A DNA stretch of 63,995 bases, counting the filler, from Reticulomyxa filosa (lineage: Eukaryota > Protista > Foraminifera): assembly GCA_000512085.1 (NCBI GenBank). It is 20 parts of 20 records of this genome, joined end to end, with 100 filler letters (N's around TTAATTAATTAA, not from the genome) between each part and the next. Parts side by side here need not be neighbours in the genome. Positions count along the whole stretch, not along the records: positions 62,793 to 63,995 come from ASPP01028896.1; 19 more parts are not named here. One strand, written 5' to 3'. Position 1 is the stretch's first letter. Every line of letters starts with the position of its first letter. Below are positions 63,398-63,995 of the stretch, piece by piece. The notes below the pieces were generated by a model. It did not search any database. It was not told the DNA's origin and worked only from the letters and a program-made list of their open reading frames with translations. The position numbers and the translations under genes are program-made.

Positions 63398-63955
63398 TAT
63401 GAAGTAACGTACCTATCGCCAATCGAATATTCTCCGATTTCCATCGATGGAGTTGACATCTCAGCGTATCAACATATGTTTCCAATCAAAGTGTTGGAGA
63501 CCATTTTGACCAAAGACCACAAGTCTTTGAGCCAATTGCTGCACACGACGAACAAGCAAGAGTCCATTGACATTCATTTGTCGTTGCAATCAGATAAGAC
63601 ATTGGTCGTCTCGCACTCCTCTCTACATGACAAACATACTGCATCATCCCTATCATCGTCGTCGTCGTCGTCGTCAGATGTACTGCCGTTCAGACATGTC
63701 GTGCTCGGTCTGTCCATTGGCGAGGTCTATACCGTCGTTGGACATTTTGATGCGGAGACAAACTCCTTTCGACCTGTTCGGAACAGATACTCGTTCGTCA
63801 CCAAACACCGCTTCAACGCCTATGTCCAAAATATACAACAGACCGTCTTCCTTCAGTACACGCTCGAGCTACTCCTCTTTGGCCTTGGACTCTTCTTGCA
63901 TACTGTCGCACGTCGCCAAAGTCCTCCGCAACTGGCTCCGACACAATCATGTTAA
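62834..63955 (+). CDS. Two-TM membrane protein, GIDE (MUL1/SP1-type) domain-like, no RING
   Basis: 373-aa ORF: N-terminal TM, YVNG...EKPI, LGLSIGEVYTVVG, C-terminal TM (LELLLFGLGLFL). Contains poly-N and poly-S tracts. Confidence 0.4.

Positions 63956-63995
<40 letters not shown>

Noticed and set aside
1-63995. CRISPR arrays, rRNA and tRNA genes
   Set aside because: None seen by eye; no repeat-spacer periodicity or conserved rRNA/tRNA motifs.

Overview
This window is not one locus. It is about 20 short draft-assembly contigs joined by an artificial 100-nt spacer (N44-TTAATTAATTAA-N44), so synteny holds only within a contig. Most contigs come from an AT-rich, intron-containing protist. Two copies of a distinctive WD40 family suggest the foraminiferan Reticulomyxa filosa (inference from memory, no search run). 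Recognisable eukaryotic genes: PTEN/VSP-type phosphatase, a ~10 kb RNF213/mysterin-like AAA+ protein with an intact RZ finger, exocyst Sec5, TMEM107, a GT60 GlcNAc-transferase, coronin, a CDPK, an ArfGAP, a Sec7-PH-FYVE ArfGEF, an ammonium transporter fused to ankyrin repeats, MGST3 and a GIDE-like membrane protein. An intronless 595-aa ORF carries SelO/YdiU-like kinase-fold motifs. There are also decayed non-LTR retrotransposon pieces, a dispersed Tc1/mariner-like TIR family and several scrambled CAP-Gly pseudogenes. Two segments look alphaproteobacterial (Rickettsiales-like): a Dam-type methylase plus PD-(D/E)XK nuclease operon next to a PleC-like kinase end, and a groEL 3' end. Best candidates for new biology: the Amt-ankyrin fusion whose second pore His is Gln, the RING-less RZ-only RNF213 homologue, the SelO-like enzyme, and the Sec7-HDS-PH-FYVE GEF beside an ArfGAP. 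Many single-base frameshifts lie in homopolymers and may be sequencing errors. Gene coordinates are spans including introns and are approximate.
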